55,619 nucleotides of DNA from positions 10,406,403 to 10,462,021 of the forward strand of contig BFEA01000003.1 of NCBI GenBank assembly GCA_003427395.1, read 5' to 3'. The notes under the pieces were generated by a model. That model was not told the DNA's origin. It saw only the letters and a program-made list of their open reading frames with translations, and ran no database searches. This document shows positions 34,618 to 46,100 of this stretch, piece by piece. Source of the DNA: Chara braunii (taxonomy: Eukaryota > Plantae > Charophyceae). Numbering within the stretch: position 1 is the stretch's first letter; every line of letters begins with the position of its first letter. The translations under genes and the position numbers were made by a program.

Positions 34618-36399
34618 GGAAGGGAAGAAAAAAAAGAAGAAAGGGAAATTGCCCTGATTATTCTGACCATCCGCCCGAAAGAAGGCCGTGTAAAAAAAAA
34701 AAAAAAAGAATGCGGTTTCGTTTATTCGAAGTAGATGAATTGTTAAAAAAAAGAAAAAAAAAAGGGATAAATAATCGATTGGTTGTACCAGCCGAAACTC
34801 ATTTACTTATGTCATGAATGATTATAACATCTGCTGAATCAGTTGTGCACTTCGGCTACAACCAATCGATTATTTATCCTTTTTTTTTTAATAACAATTC
34901 GGCAGTACCTTCCTTAGGTGTCAAATGTGATGCCGCACCTGGTCGTTTTTTTTTTTTTTTTAATCAGGCTTCCATCTTTTTATGGAACGAGAAGCAGTTT
35001 TGCACCTCTCGCTCTTTTTTTTTTTTTTTTTGTGTGTGTTTTGTTTTTTATTTCATTAGTAGCTTTTTCTCCCTCCATGAACCTTTGTACGAGTTTTCAC
35101 TTACGTGCTTATGCGGCGAGAGCTCCCGCGCTTTGGCAGAAAAATTATGAATGAAATTCAATTAATGATCACACTTACATGCTTAAAAAAAAAGAAAAAG
35201 TAAAGAAAAAAAAAAAAGAATACACTTAGAGTAGTAGTTAATTGCTCATGCGGTGAGAGCTCCCGTGCTGAAGAGACCGTATGTTTTCTCTGGATAGTTT
35301 CGACGAGAAGGAACTATGTAATTGGAATGCGCCGTGTAATTTATAAATCATTCCTCCCCCCCCNNNNNNNNNNNNNNNNNNNNNNNNNNNNNNNNNNNNN
35401 NNNNNNNNNNNNNNNNNNNNNNNNNNNNNNNNNNNNNNNNNNNNNNNNNNNNNNNNNNNNNNNNNNNNNNNNNNNNNNNNNNNNNNNNNNNNNNNNNNNN
35501 NNNNNNNNNNNNNNNNNNNNNNNNNNNNNNNNNNNNNNNNNNNNNNNNNNNNNNNNNNNNNNNNNNNNNNNNNNNNNNNNNNNNNNNNNNNNNNNNNNNN
35601 NNNNNNNNNNNNNNNNNNNNNNNNNNNNNNNNNNNNNNNNNNNNNNNNNNNNNNNNNNNNNNNNNNNNNNNNNNNNNNNNNNNNNNNNNNNNNNNNNNNN
35701 NNNNNNNNNNNNNNNNNNNNNNNNNNNNNNNNNNNNNNNNNNNNNNNNNNNNNNNNNNNNNNNNNNNNNNNNNNNNNNNNNNNNNNNNNNNNNNNNNNNN
35801 NNNNNNNNNNNNNNNNNNNNNNNNNNNNNNNNNNNNNNNNNNNNNNNNNNNNNNNNNNNNNNNNNNNNNNNNNNNNNNNNNNNNNNNNNNNNNNNNNNNN
35901 NNNNNNNNNNNNNNNNNNNNNNNNNNNNNNNNNNNNNNNNNNNNNNNNNNNNNNNNNNNNNNNNNNNNNNNNNNNNNNNNNNNNNNNNNNNNNNNNNNNN
36001 NNNNNNNNNNNNNNNNNNNNNNNNNNNNNNNNNNNNNNNNNNNTTAAACCTTGGTACTCAATTGTTCAATTGAATGATTGGGGCCGGCCACCCCACATAA
36101 AGACCGGATAGGGAGCATTACCCCAGTTCGCTTTAGTTGCCTGTCTTTGTTCGGCCTTTTGGAACGGGGGGCGGTGCTTGTATGTGGGAATGGTCATCCG
36201 GGAATGGTCATCCGGGATCGTCTTTTATACCGGTTTTCTGGGATCTTTTTGTTTTTTTTTTCAGACAAGAATGTTTTGACATCCTGGTTGGTTTTGTCCC
36301 GTCGTTTGGCCTGTGTGGGACAGGGGCGGTGCTTGCATGTGGGACTTGTCATCTGGGATCTGTTTTGTTGCCCCCTGTTCTGTATTATTTGGCTGTTCC

Positions 36400-36540
36400 C
36401 TTCCTCTTTTCTTTGCCTCTTTGCCTTCTGGCTGTGTGCAAGTGGGTCGTCGATATGAGACACGGGGGTGGGGGCAGCCGCCGCTCAACCTACATCCACG
36501 TGGGCGGCCTTGTACGCAAGAGGTTCTGAACAGGGGGAGT
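36400..36540 (+). repeat. Dispersed structured repeat (copy 2)
   Basis: Homologous to 3225-3370 with covarying stems. Confidence 0.7.
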
Positions 36541-37110
36541 TATAAGGAAGAAGATTAAATCATGAATTCATTTTTCCTGTTTTTCTTCTTTCTTTCTTTC
36601 TTTACAAAAACATGAAAAAATGACAACATGATATGTGCGTCCTCCCCCCACTTGGTAAGGCGGGAAGGATGCACCCTGCCAGAAATGAATGGATGCGCCC
36701 CGCGGCGGTGGCACTGCTGAAAGGGATCGAGACAACGTTTTCACACGGACGCAATTACGCGCTGCCGATGAAAGCGATGATCACACACATATGGTGACGA
36801 GGAGTCAATATAGTGATAGTCTCGAAGCTCACAGCATCACACTCCGAGAGAGAGAGAGATGATTAGTGATAACCCCTATTAACTCAAGCCACCATCATGA
36901 TGGCCGAAGAAAAGCCATGGCGATACAGGCAATCCTCCTCCGTAAGACCCGAGTGAACAGAGGGACGAGAGCTCGGATTACCGCAAAACTACCGGTAGGA
37001 GTTTCGGCCAGCAGTGCCAGCACCGGCCTTATGAGGGGGTAGAGAGGAGATCTCGTCGTTCGAGAAGGGGGGTAGAGACTGAGATGTCGTTGTCGGAGAA
37101 AACGAGGGTG

Positions 37111-37191
37111 GACCTTTGGGACATCCGTTAAAATTCGAACGATACAGAGAAGATAAGCATGGCCCCTGCGCAAGGATGACATGCATGAAAC
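37111..37191 (+). pseudogene. U6: Tailless, 3'-truncated U6 retrocopy (canonical ACAGAGAAGAT)
   Basis: GACCTTTGGGACATCCGTTAAAATTCGAACGATACAGAGAAGATAAGCATGGCCCCTGCGCAAGGATGAC...; 15-bp TSD GAGAAAACGAGGGTG (37096-37110, 37192-37206). Confidence 0.92.
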
Positions 37192-37246
37192 GAGAAAACG
37201 AGGGTGGGATCCGCAGCGTCCACACACTGCTGCGGTCGCCTGTCTG

Positions 37247-37315
<69 letters not shown>

Positions 37316-38288
37316 GGGGAGAGAGAGAGAGAGAGATGATACGACGCGTGCACACACTACCTCGGTCGCCCCTGAGAACGAGCTTGGCTTTTGTTTCCCC
37401 GTTGTCTCCGCGGATCGACATCTTCCGAGAAAACGAGAGGGAACGTAATAGTAATATGTTAATTTTGATGCTTTGGATGATCGGTCATAACGTTGGGGGG
37501 GGGTGTCACTGTTCTCCTCTTCTTCTCTACTGGCCCATTTTTTTCCCTCTTCTTTTGTCAGCGTCGTTGCCGTCTTTCTCGTCATCGTCGACGTCGATGT
37601 CGTCCTCAAGCCCGAGCTCGTCCTTACCCTGAGGCTGGACGCAATTTCTGAGCTCTTTCATGTCCGAGCTTGTTTAATGATGCCTATCTATTGCTGCTTG
37701 AACTACTAGCGTTTGGCCTCGCTTTTCTCTTTTCTGTACTCCATAATAGTCCATTGTTCTTCTTCGCCTTGAAGTTACTTTTTAGCTCGTCTTCTCGTGT
37801 GCGTTTCTGAGCAGCCTGAGCTTGTAAGTGTGGACTTCCAAGTGTAGTAGTTAGTACGTGAGAGACTGAAGGCCTCACGGCACTACTCTCAACATGCACA
37901 AACGACAGAAAAGATGGCCATGTATCTTTCCACATTCTACCGGTGGATTCAGTCTCGGTTTGCACATTTGGAGAGTATTGCAGCGAGGCCCTGGCCCCTG
38001 AGTTGTGTGCGAAATTCTGCCTGCCTTTAGGGGCTTGAGAACTTTGGGCGTTAAACTTTGCGGATTGTTCCGGTCGCTAAAGAAGGGAGGAGGACCTTTT
38101 CGTGTATAGCTGCTCAAGGAAAAGAGAGAGATGTACACGAAAGCTTGGCGGCTGTCTTCTTCCTTGTACAGCCTGTGGCTGTGTATAGCTCCTCAAGGAA
38201 AAGGGAGATATACACGAAAGCGTGGTACCCCTCGGAGCGGGCCAGCTGAACCTTTGCGTTGTCACACCGCAAGCCTGTACTCTGCCGT

Positions 38289-38790
38289 AAAAAGTTCATA
38301 ACTGGTTGATGTCATCCTGTCCATCATTTCATCCCAGACTACCAACAGCCACAGGAGATCTTCCACTCCTACAATAGGCAGACTACCAAAAAGTTCATAA
38401 CTGGTTGGCGTCATCCTGTCCATCATGTCATCCCAGACTACCAACAGGCGGAGGAGATCTTCCACTCCTACAATAGGCAGACTACCGGTAGGTAGGTAGG
38501 TAGGTAGGTAGGTAGGGAGGGAGGGAGGGAGGTAGTTGCTGTCTGCAGCTGGATTGGCAGCCTGTAGCTGCTCTCGGAGCTGGCCAGCTGGAACCTTTCA
38601 ACCTTGCGCTGGGACACCACCGCCTCTCCTCTTGTGTAAAAAAATCGTAACTGGTTGATGTCATCATGTCCATCATTTCATCCCACACTACCAACAGCCA
38701 GAGGAGATCTTCCAATCCTAGGCGGACTACCGGTAGGTTGGTTGGTAGGTAGGTAGGTAGGTAGGTAGGTAGGTAGTTGCTGCTCTACAG
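38289..38790. repeat. Three copies of a ~99-bp unit with (AGGT)n tracts
   Basis: AAAAGTTCATAACTGGTTG..GTCATCCTGTCCATCAT...GGAGATCTTCCACTCCTA...GACTACC at 38289, 38388 and ~38640. Confidence 0.8.
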
Positions 38791-40379
38791 CTAGATCGTC
38801 GTATAGCCTGCAAGTTGTACTGCTCCTGCATGTAGATGGTCATGGCGTGTCAGACAAAAAAAGAACAGTAGGAGAAGATCAAATAAGTTTTTCTCCTCCG
38901 TCTTCGGCCTTCTGAGCGGAGCACATAGCTCCGCAAGTATGCATAGTAGCACTTTCCAGAATGCATCAGACCGTAAGTTCGGCCACATCTGTATGCATCT
39001 GGCCGCAATTCCGTCCAGAAATAAGGAAAGAAGCACGTCGCTCCGCAAGTGCAGGCAGACAAATTGCCATCAGTCATGATCTTTACCTCCGTTTATGCTT
39101 GCCCCTCGTAGGACATACACACAGTACCACTTTCCAGAATGCATGAGACCGTAATTTCGGCCACACCCGTCCAGAAATAAGTAAGAAAGTCGTAACAGCT
39201 GCCGAATGTACCGCTCTCACGTCCCAACTGAGTGTGCGACATCATCGATATCGTTATCAGTCGTCATCATCATCATCATGGTTTATCTTTCTTATCACGT
39301 CTTCTTCCTGTGGTAGAGGACAAGACGGAAACGGCCCTCTGTGCGCTGGGGGCCACCTTTGGTGGGTTTTGGGTTGGGTTTGAGATTATCCCCCCTCCTG
39401 AGGATCGCTGGAGCTTGCCCAATGTCCGACGTGCAGAGTTTGTTCGGATGTATGGAACAGTAGCATAGAGCGTAGGCTCGCCAGTACGATTCGATTCGAT
39501 TAGAGTCGATCCGAGTCAATTATATTCGATTATATTCAAATCAATTCACGTCTCCTCCATCCCCGGGCCTCATCCCGACGTTGATACAGAACATTGTCCC
39601 TCTTTGTGGGTTCTCCTTCTCATTCCTATTTACAGTATTATCCCCTTAATCGTCGTTCCGGTACACTGTACGGGAGCAGACAACATGAGGGGCAAGAAAA
39701 TAATTGCATGAGCTTAGAAACACATGACATGATTGTGTCTTTTCCCGTCTCCTACCCGCCCCCCCCTTTCCTCCGGGCTACCCTTCCTCTCCTCCTCCCT
39801 CCGCCCCACTTTCGCGTTTTCCCCTTCTTCCCTTTCCCCCCTTCTCACCTTCCCCCTTCCTCCTCCCTCCCCCACCTTCCGCACCCTACCCTTGCCTCTC
39901 TCTCTCTGCCTCTCTCTCTCATCTCCCCGTTGTTCCCCTGTCCCCACAGAAAGCGCTATTGGCTATTCAGACCCATGTACGCCATATGGGCCGGGTATCA
40001 TTAGTCACTAACTCGACCAGGGGAGTGAAATGTTATGATGCTTCCACATTGGCAATGAAGAAAAGATTCCCAAGCACACAGTGCCGAATCGAGTTCCAGA
40101 GGGAGAAAACCACAGCAAGTGAGCGCACGGAGGAAAAGGGAGGGAAAGTGAAAGGCAGCAGTTGAAACAGCAGAGTCTCCGAACGAACTGTTCCCTTGTG
40201 CACGCGGGGTACGTTTCAAAGGACTATTTTATTTCTTTAATTACTCCTTTGACCAGGTAAGTTAGGATCAGGGTGAAGCGATTTGGACAAACGAAAATTC
40301 AGTTGGGCAATCATCAAACTGAATTGGTCAGTTCGATTTTCCTATTTAGTCTATTATCGGAACCGATTTGGACAGCCGA

Positions 40380-41080
40380 TATAGGTTGGGAGAAGTGATG
40401 AGCATTTTCGACATATCAGATTTACCTTTGCCGCTTGGGAAAATAGCGGGCCTCGGGTAGGCGTCCGACCTTTTCAGAGGCCGAAACGAAATGACGGCCG
40501 CCGATCAGATTTATCAATGGCAGTCGTCATCGGGCCCGACCTCCGAAGCTTCAGGAGTTTGGGAAAACTGCCAGTTTTCCCTATTTTCCCACGCGGGAAA
40601 GGTACTAGTGCTTTAACAGGTACCCCCACTTTTTTTTTGTTTTGTTTTTTTTTAACAATAAGTTAGTAAGAAGTGCACTCTATAGATTGGTGTGAAATAT
40701 GGTTAAAATGGCCCTTTGGTTTTCTAACTTTTCTTATAAATGGGGGTGAAAATTTGGGGGTCGGTTAACCTTCTGTCGGTTGGGAGAAACCATGAGCATT
40801 TTGGACATACTGGATATAGGTTGGGATAAATGATGACCATTTTGGACAGAATGATTTAACAGTTTGGACGCATGACAGAGTTAGGCNTATTTAGTTCATG
40901 ATCGGAACCGATTTGGGTAGTCGATACAGGTTGGGATAAGTGATGAGCATTTTGGACACATCAGATTTAGGTTGGGATAAACAATGAGCATTTTGGACAT
41001 ACTGGATATAGGTTGGGATAAATGATGACCATTTTGGACAGAATGATTTAACAGTTTGGACGCATGACAGAGTTAGGCAG
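40380..41080. repeat. 41-bp minisatellite with higher-order duplication
   Basis: AGGTTGGGA(T/G)AA..(G/C/A)ATGA(G/C)CATTTTGGACA repeated about six times; interrupted by a CACTA-like piece at 40424-40610. Confidence 0.75.
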
Positions 41081-42199
41081 ATTGATTTAACAAATCAGTA
41101 TTGCCAAAACCACATTTAGTTCAACAGTCAACCGATTTGAGACTCTGCGCACACCATCGGGACCAACAAAGATATCAATTTCAATTAGTGGAATAGATTT
41201 CGCATGTTAGTCACATGCATCTGAGTCACGGGCCTGTTGTTCCCGTAAACTGTCGATTGAGGTGTACGTGCGCAGCACACACGTGAATGACGCACGATTT
41301 TCTGTGGGGCCCACCAATTTATGTGCTCGTCAGTCTAAATCGTTCGGTCCTTTGACGAAAGGCACAGTGGGTCTGTCCAAGTTTCTAAAATACCTGTCCA
41401 TATCGAATCACAAGGTGTCCAATTCTAATCTACGGTTCCAAGAAGCCGCTATCTCTTAGGAATGGCTTATTTTTTACCCTAAACTTTGCCTCGGTGGTGT
41501 GCTTGTGGTGTAAGTGGGTCGTAGTCTAGCGTGATGCTTATGGCGTTGCCTTAAGTGGGATCATAAGGAGCGGCTGAAATTTAAGGATTGTGGGGTTTCA
41601 GTTCACATAATCTGAAGCAGCTGAAGAGATAGGCGCTCGGCCCCTGCTTGCCCTGCTCGTCGTGCAGGTTGAGGCGGAAGGCAGCGTCCGGAGGTCCTTC
41701 ACCCTGAGGGTGAGCTCGTGTGCTGGACAAGGACCTTGAATCTGGTTGTGGACATACCATCCAACTAATAAATCTAACAAGGCAATAATATGAGCAGTTT
41801 CAAAAAATGAACTTAGCCCTCTCTAGGAGAGTGATTCCCTCAACCTGAATGTTGAGGAGTTGGGCATTGAGCCATATGCCCATCTTGTAGAGGGGTGAAG
41901 TGGAAGTGACACGACTCTTAATGTGCAAACCTTTCTCAATATACACATATAATGAATAGACTTAAGGGGTTGAGTCTTAAACACAAGGAGATTGTCATAA
42001 TATTTTACACAAGCAGTTTCCATGAACTAAGTTAATTGTATTCAATTCATCGTGCGTCCACACGTCCACACAAGCAGGGGTTCCTTCCCATAGCACTCTT
42101 GGAAGCTCTCCATGATCTGCATAAATAGGTTGCCAATGCGTGAAGTCCTCGTACTTGGGTAGGACATGGGCTCTCTCAATCATGCCCTTATTGTCCTCA

Positions 42200-42721
42200 C
42201 ACTTACTCAAAAACAAAAAACAAAAAAACATTTCAAAGGCTCGGAAAAAAAACAACGAGGTCGGTGAATTTTCACAAAACTTACAAGCGATTAAAAAGTT
42301 ATTTATTGTTTATTGTAATTTGCCTGTTCAAAAAGTAGCAAAAAAAGTGTATGCTTATTTAGACAAAACAAAAGAGTTTGTTATTGTTAATGGAGAAAAG
42401 GTTGGACATTCTTCTTGTACGTATGAATTTTTGCTCTACTATTTTTACAGAAAGACAGCTTATAAAAATATTTGTGTGAATAATCAAATTATCCCTCGGC
42501 CTAGCTTTCAAGTTTCCAGTGGTGATCTTATTTCTATTCAACAAAATTGCAAGTCGACCATCAAACAAAATATAAGATATAGCTGAATTTAAAAAAAATA
42601 AAAAAAAAAATTAAAAAAAAAAATCTCATTTAGAATTTACTTAACATTGATGGCTGTTTTGTTGTATGAAGCTCAACAAATTCAATTTTCATACCATATA
42701 GATGTAGATGTTTTAAATTAA
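42200..42721 (+). pseudogene. rps4: Mitochondrial rps4 pseudogene (NUMT)
   Basis: AT-rich; LQAIKKL..Y.NLP, YLDK, ICVN...P.FQVS.GDLISIQ, and downstream HLE...VLLYEAQQIQFSYHID, with frameshifts; adjacent to organelle-type tRNAs. Confidence 0.8.
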
Positions 42722-42863
42722 AGGCAACCAAGCATCAGGTCAGGCGGCAATAAGACACTAACCCCACCCCTGCGTCTGGGGGGACGCGTGGATGAGCGCA
42801 TACATAAATAAAATAAGCTGCTTGTTTTGTTGTGGCGGCTGCGTTGACTCTTTTGGGTGAGTT

Positions 42864-42937
42864 GCATTCTTAGCTCAGATAGATAGAGCAACAACCTTCT
42901 AAGTTGAAGGTCACGGGTTCAAATCGTGTAGGATGCT
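42864..42937 (+). tRNA. trnR-UCU: tRNA-Arg(UCU), mitochondrial-derived, probably decayed
   Basis: Acceptor GCATTCT/AGGATGC, anticodon arm CAAC-CTTCTAA-GTTG, TTCAAAT T-loop. Confidence 0.85.
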
Positions 42938-42946
42938 GAATTCTTC

Positions 42947-43033
42947 GGGAGAGTGGCCGAGTGGCTAAAGCCGACAGACTGTAAATCTGTTGACGGTTAT
43001 ATTTCTACATAGGCTTGAATCCTACCTCTCCCA
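42947..43033 (+). tRNA. trnY-GUA: tRNA-Tyr(GUA), organellar type with long variable arm, decayed
   Basis: Acceptor GGGAGAG/CTCTCCC, anticodon arm ACAGA-CTGTAAA-TCTGT, mutated T-loop (CTTGAAT). Confidence 0.85.
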
Positions 43034-43149
43034 ATTCGTGAATTTTGTGGCCTTCATACATTCATGAATTACATGTAATGTACTTGTGGGGGCGAAAGTC
43101 TAGGATGGATCTATTCTATTATTATCTGATGGTAATTCTCATGTCTACT

Positions 43150-46100
43150 CTTCATTGCTAATTTCCTTATGTATGATATTAATCCACTCTTTCTCACTAA
43201 TGGTGATGATATCAGATGCGACATTCAAGTAAACATTTGGTGCAATCCTGGTTGGCACAGCAACGGGCACATGATGACCAAGTCTCCGATATTGCTATTG
43301 AGTATTGACCTGAGTAATGACCAGCTCTCTCTACTTCTGTTTGATTGCACGGACGTTTCCTCTCATTTGCCTCTTCATTCAAGCTGCATCCAATTTCGAA
43401 ACAACTGCCCAGTCTGCAGGTCCTTGAGTGAGTGGGTGACCTAGTTGTATCCGAGAACAGTTGTTAGCCCCTGCTTGATACTGCTGCTCAACTCCTCCGT
43501 GGATGTTCGGAACCTGGGACATGTAACATTTTTTCCATTGAGTGTGATTTGCAGTGGATGCCCCAACATCCATTATTCTGGCAAGTACATGACTGTCCGT
43601 ACGATGCAGATTAAAGTGCATACAAGTGTAGGCTAGTTGAGCCTAGTTCTTTTTTCCTGCTGACTGCCCTATGGTTGCGGAGTATTTCTAATACACTACG
43701 ATTGATATGCGAAACAACCCCAAGCCTTCCCACCTTCACTGTAAATCTCCACTCCTTTCAAGCCTGCTCTATGAGCCGATTCTAGTATGAATTTCAAGCT
43801 GGTATTACCCAAGGTACTAATGGGAGAACGGAAAACTTCAATTTGGTGCGTTCTCGTGTGACTTCTACTACACCTCTCCTTGCCTTACGCTCCCTTCTGC
43901 CCGGTTGCTTCTTCTGTTTGCCGACCTTTTCTTTTCCCGCAACATTCAATGACGTCAGAATCGTTTGATCAGGGTTCTCTCTAAGTGAGCTTAGCCTCTG
44001 ACTTTTGTCGTAGCTATAGGAATGACTACGTACTTGCCCTAGCCGTACGTCCTCAGTCACTAATACAGAATAGGCACTTTCCCTCCCTTTCCAGTCTATG
44101 TGCATCTAACGTGCTCCCGCCACCTTTGCGCTACCCCTCCAATCGATCTTCCTATGTACGCCATCTTACCCCATTATGATATTAGGCAGTGTACAAGAGG
44201 TTGCTTCATGTTGAATACATCCCACTTCAACGGGACTGAATCCACTATTTTCTTTGCCCAGGGTATGTCTGTTGAATTCTAAGACCACCGTGCAGGTTGC
44301 TAGTGCTAACTCTACCAGCAAACAAAGTCTTGATATGCTCGTGCTTCCCCATCAAGCATCTCTTAACTTAACGAGTCTAACGAGGGACATCTGGATCTTC
44401 TGTTCCGGGGCAGACACCATCATTTCTCATGCGCATTCATCTGGAGGTCTTCATCCATTCGCAGTTCTTCAAGTCTGTCATCACTATCATCTTCATCCGA
44501 GATGATCGTGCGATTCACTCCCCTGCACCGCTTGTCCCTTCGTGATGTAGGTAATGTCCTTGGCCTCGCTTATTTCTTCACATCTCAGAAGTCTTTAGCA
44601 ATTAGCTTGGCACGTGCATCCAAGACGCTTCGTATCCCATGCTGTTGATTTGCATCGGTGTGAAGACCTTCCTCCTTAAAAACGCTTCGTACTGCTCTCT
44701 CTAGATTCTTCTTCCTCCACCAACGCCATCAAAATCTCCATTATGATACCTTTGTGTCTTCTGGTAACCCTCTTCGTTTTGGGTGGCAGCTCCTTTCCAT
44801 CATCAGGGAGTGCTTCTTCATCCAATAGGTAAGCATTGAAATCATCTTCAAGCCTTCCCCTAGCTCTCTTGGGGGGTTTTGCATTTGTAGCAAAAACCAG
44901 CTTTATCTCCATCCTTATCTATGCTTTGAACGCCCACAGATCTCTGCTTCTACTGTTGTTCTTAGCTCGGCTTCTTCTGCTAACCGCTTCACGCGCTCTC
45001 TTGTATGCATCTCCTCTTTCCATCTGCAATCATCCCTCTAATCTGCTCGTCTCCCTGTTCTTGCTCCAGCTGTACCTTCCTCCGCTTGTCATTGAAGGCA
45101 CCTTGGCTGTTCCCATTGGTTCAGTCATGTGAAGTGTCCTAGCTTCCCATAGTTGAAACAGACTTGGGGAGTTTCCTCCTGGAGCTTCTGCAACCGCCAT
45201 CGTATCACTGCTGTACCTGCTTCCCTGATGTCACCTCCTCTCTGGTACGTGTCTTGTGTGGCTTCCATTGCTTCTAATAAGCAAGCCTATGGATAAAGCT
45301 CTTACTTCTGTAGCTATAGCCTAACTCATGCAGCATCGACACAACCACCAGTGTGAGTAGCAGTTCGCATACGGTTACTATGCATTACAGAATACTGATA
45401 AGCAGAGGCGATAGACGGTTTTCCGTGGACGCGTCGACAAAAATTTCCATATACATCCGCATGCACTGAGCTCAGAAGAAAAGTGTCCATTGCCCTACGC
45501 ACGTATCAGCCAGGAAGCAGGGGGCTTCTCCCCGGATCCACCTTATGGCACCCACCTGCTTGTCCAGCCACTGAGCAATGAGGGCCAGTGACCTTGCCCT
45601 CAAACAAATGCAGATCGCCTTATCATTTTCTAGACTCTTTGTTCGGCGTTATTGTCCTACAACGTATTCAGTTACACACCAGCTGTATTCTTCGCCAAAT
45701 TTGAATTTTGCCCGTGCTGCTAATACTTCGATGTTTTTCGTGCCGGGGGCGGGTACTAAGCAGTAGAAGATGGCTAGGAACTTCGGAGAAAATACAGAAA
45801 TCGTAGGATACTACTATTCACTATGGAAATACGTACTGACGGTCTATTAATTCAAATTTCAGCGTTCTTCAGAAGGTAGAGGGAAAATTGTACAGGGAAG
45901 GGAAAGTTGATGACAAAGTTGACAGTGCATGTTTGTCTGCGAAGATGAGGAGGATGGATTTTGCATCCTAGGGGCTCCTACACGGGCCTTCCAGGCCCGA
46001 CATTTTTCTCTTTGGCCGGCAGGGTCGACGTGGTGGACCATGGCCACCTTATAGGCCTAAGCTCATATTTTTTGTTTCATTCGCTTTCTGCAATAAACTC

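Noticed and set aside
34395-34640. G-quadruplex-rich or Gly/Pro-rich coding region
   Set aside because: Homopolymer runs next to a gap look like low-quality read sequence.
40380-41080. CRISPR-like array or C/D snoRNA cluster (TGATGA motifs)
   Set aside because: No unique spacers, no cas genes and no paired CTGA boxes; it is a degenerate minisatellite.
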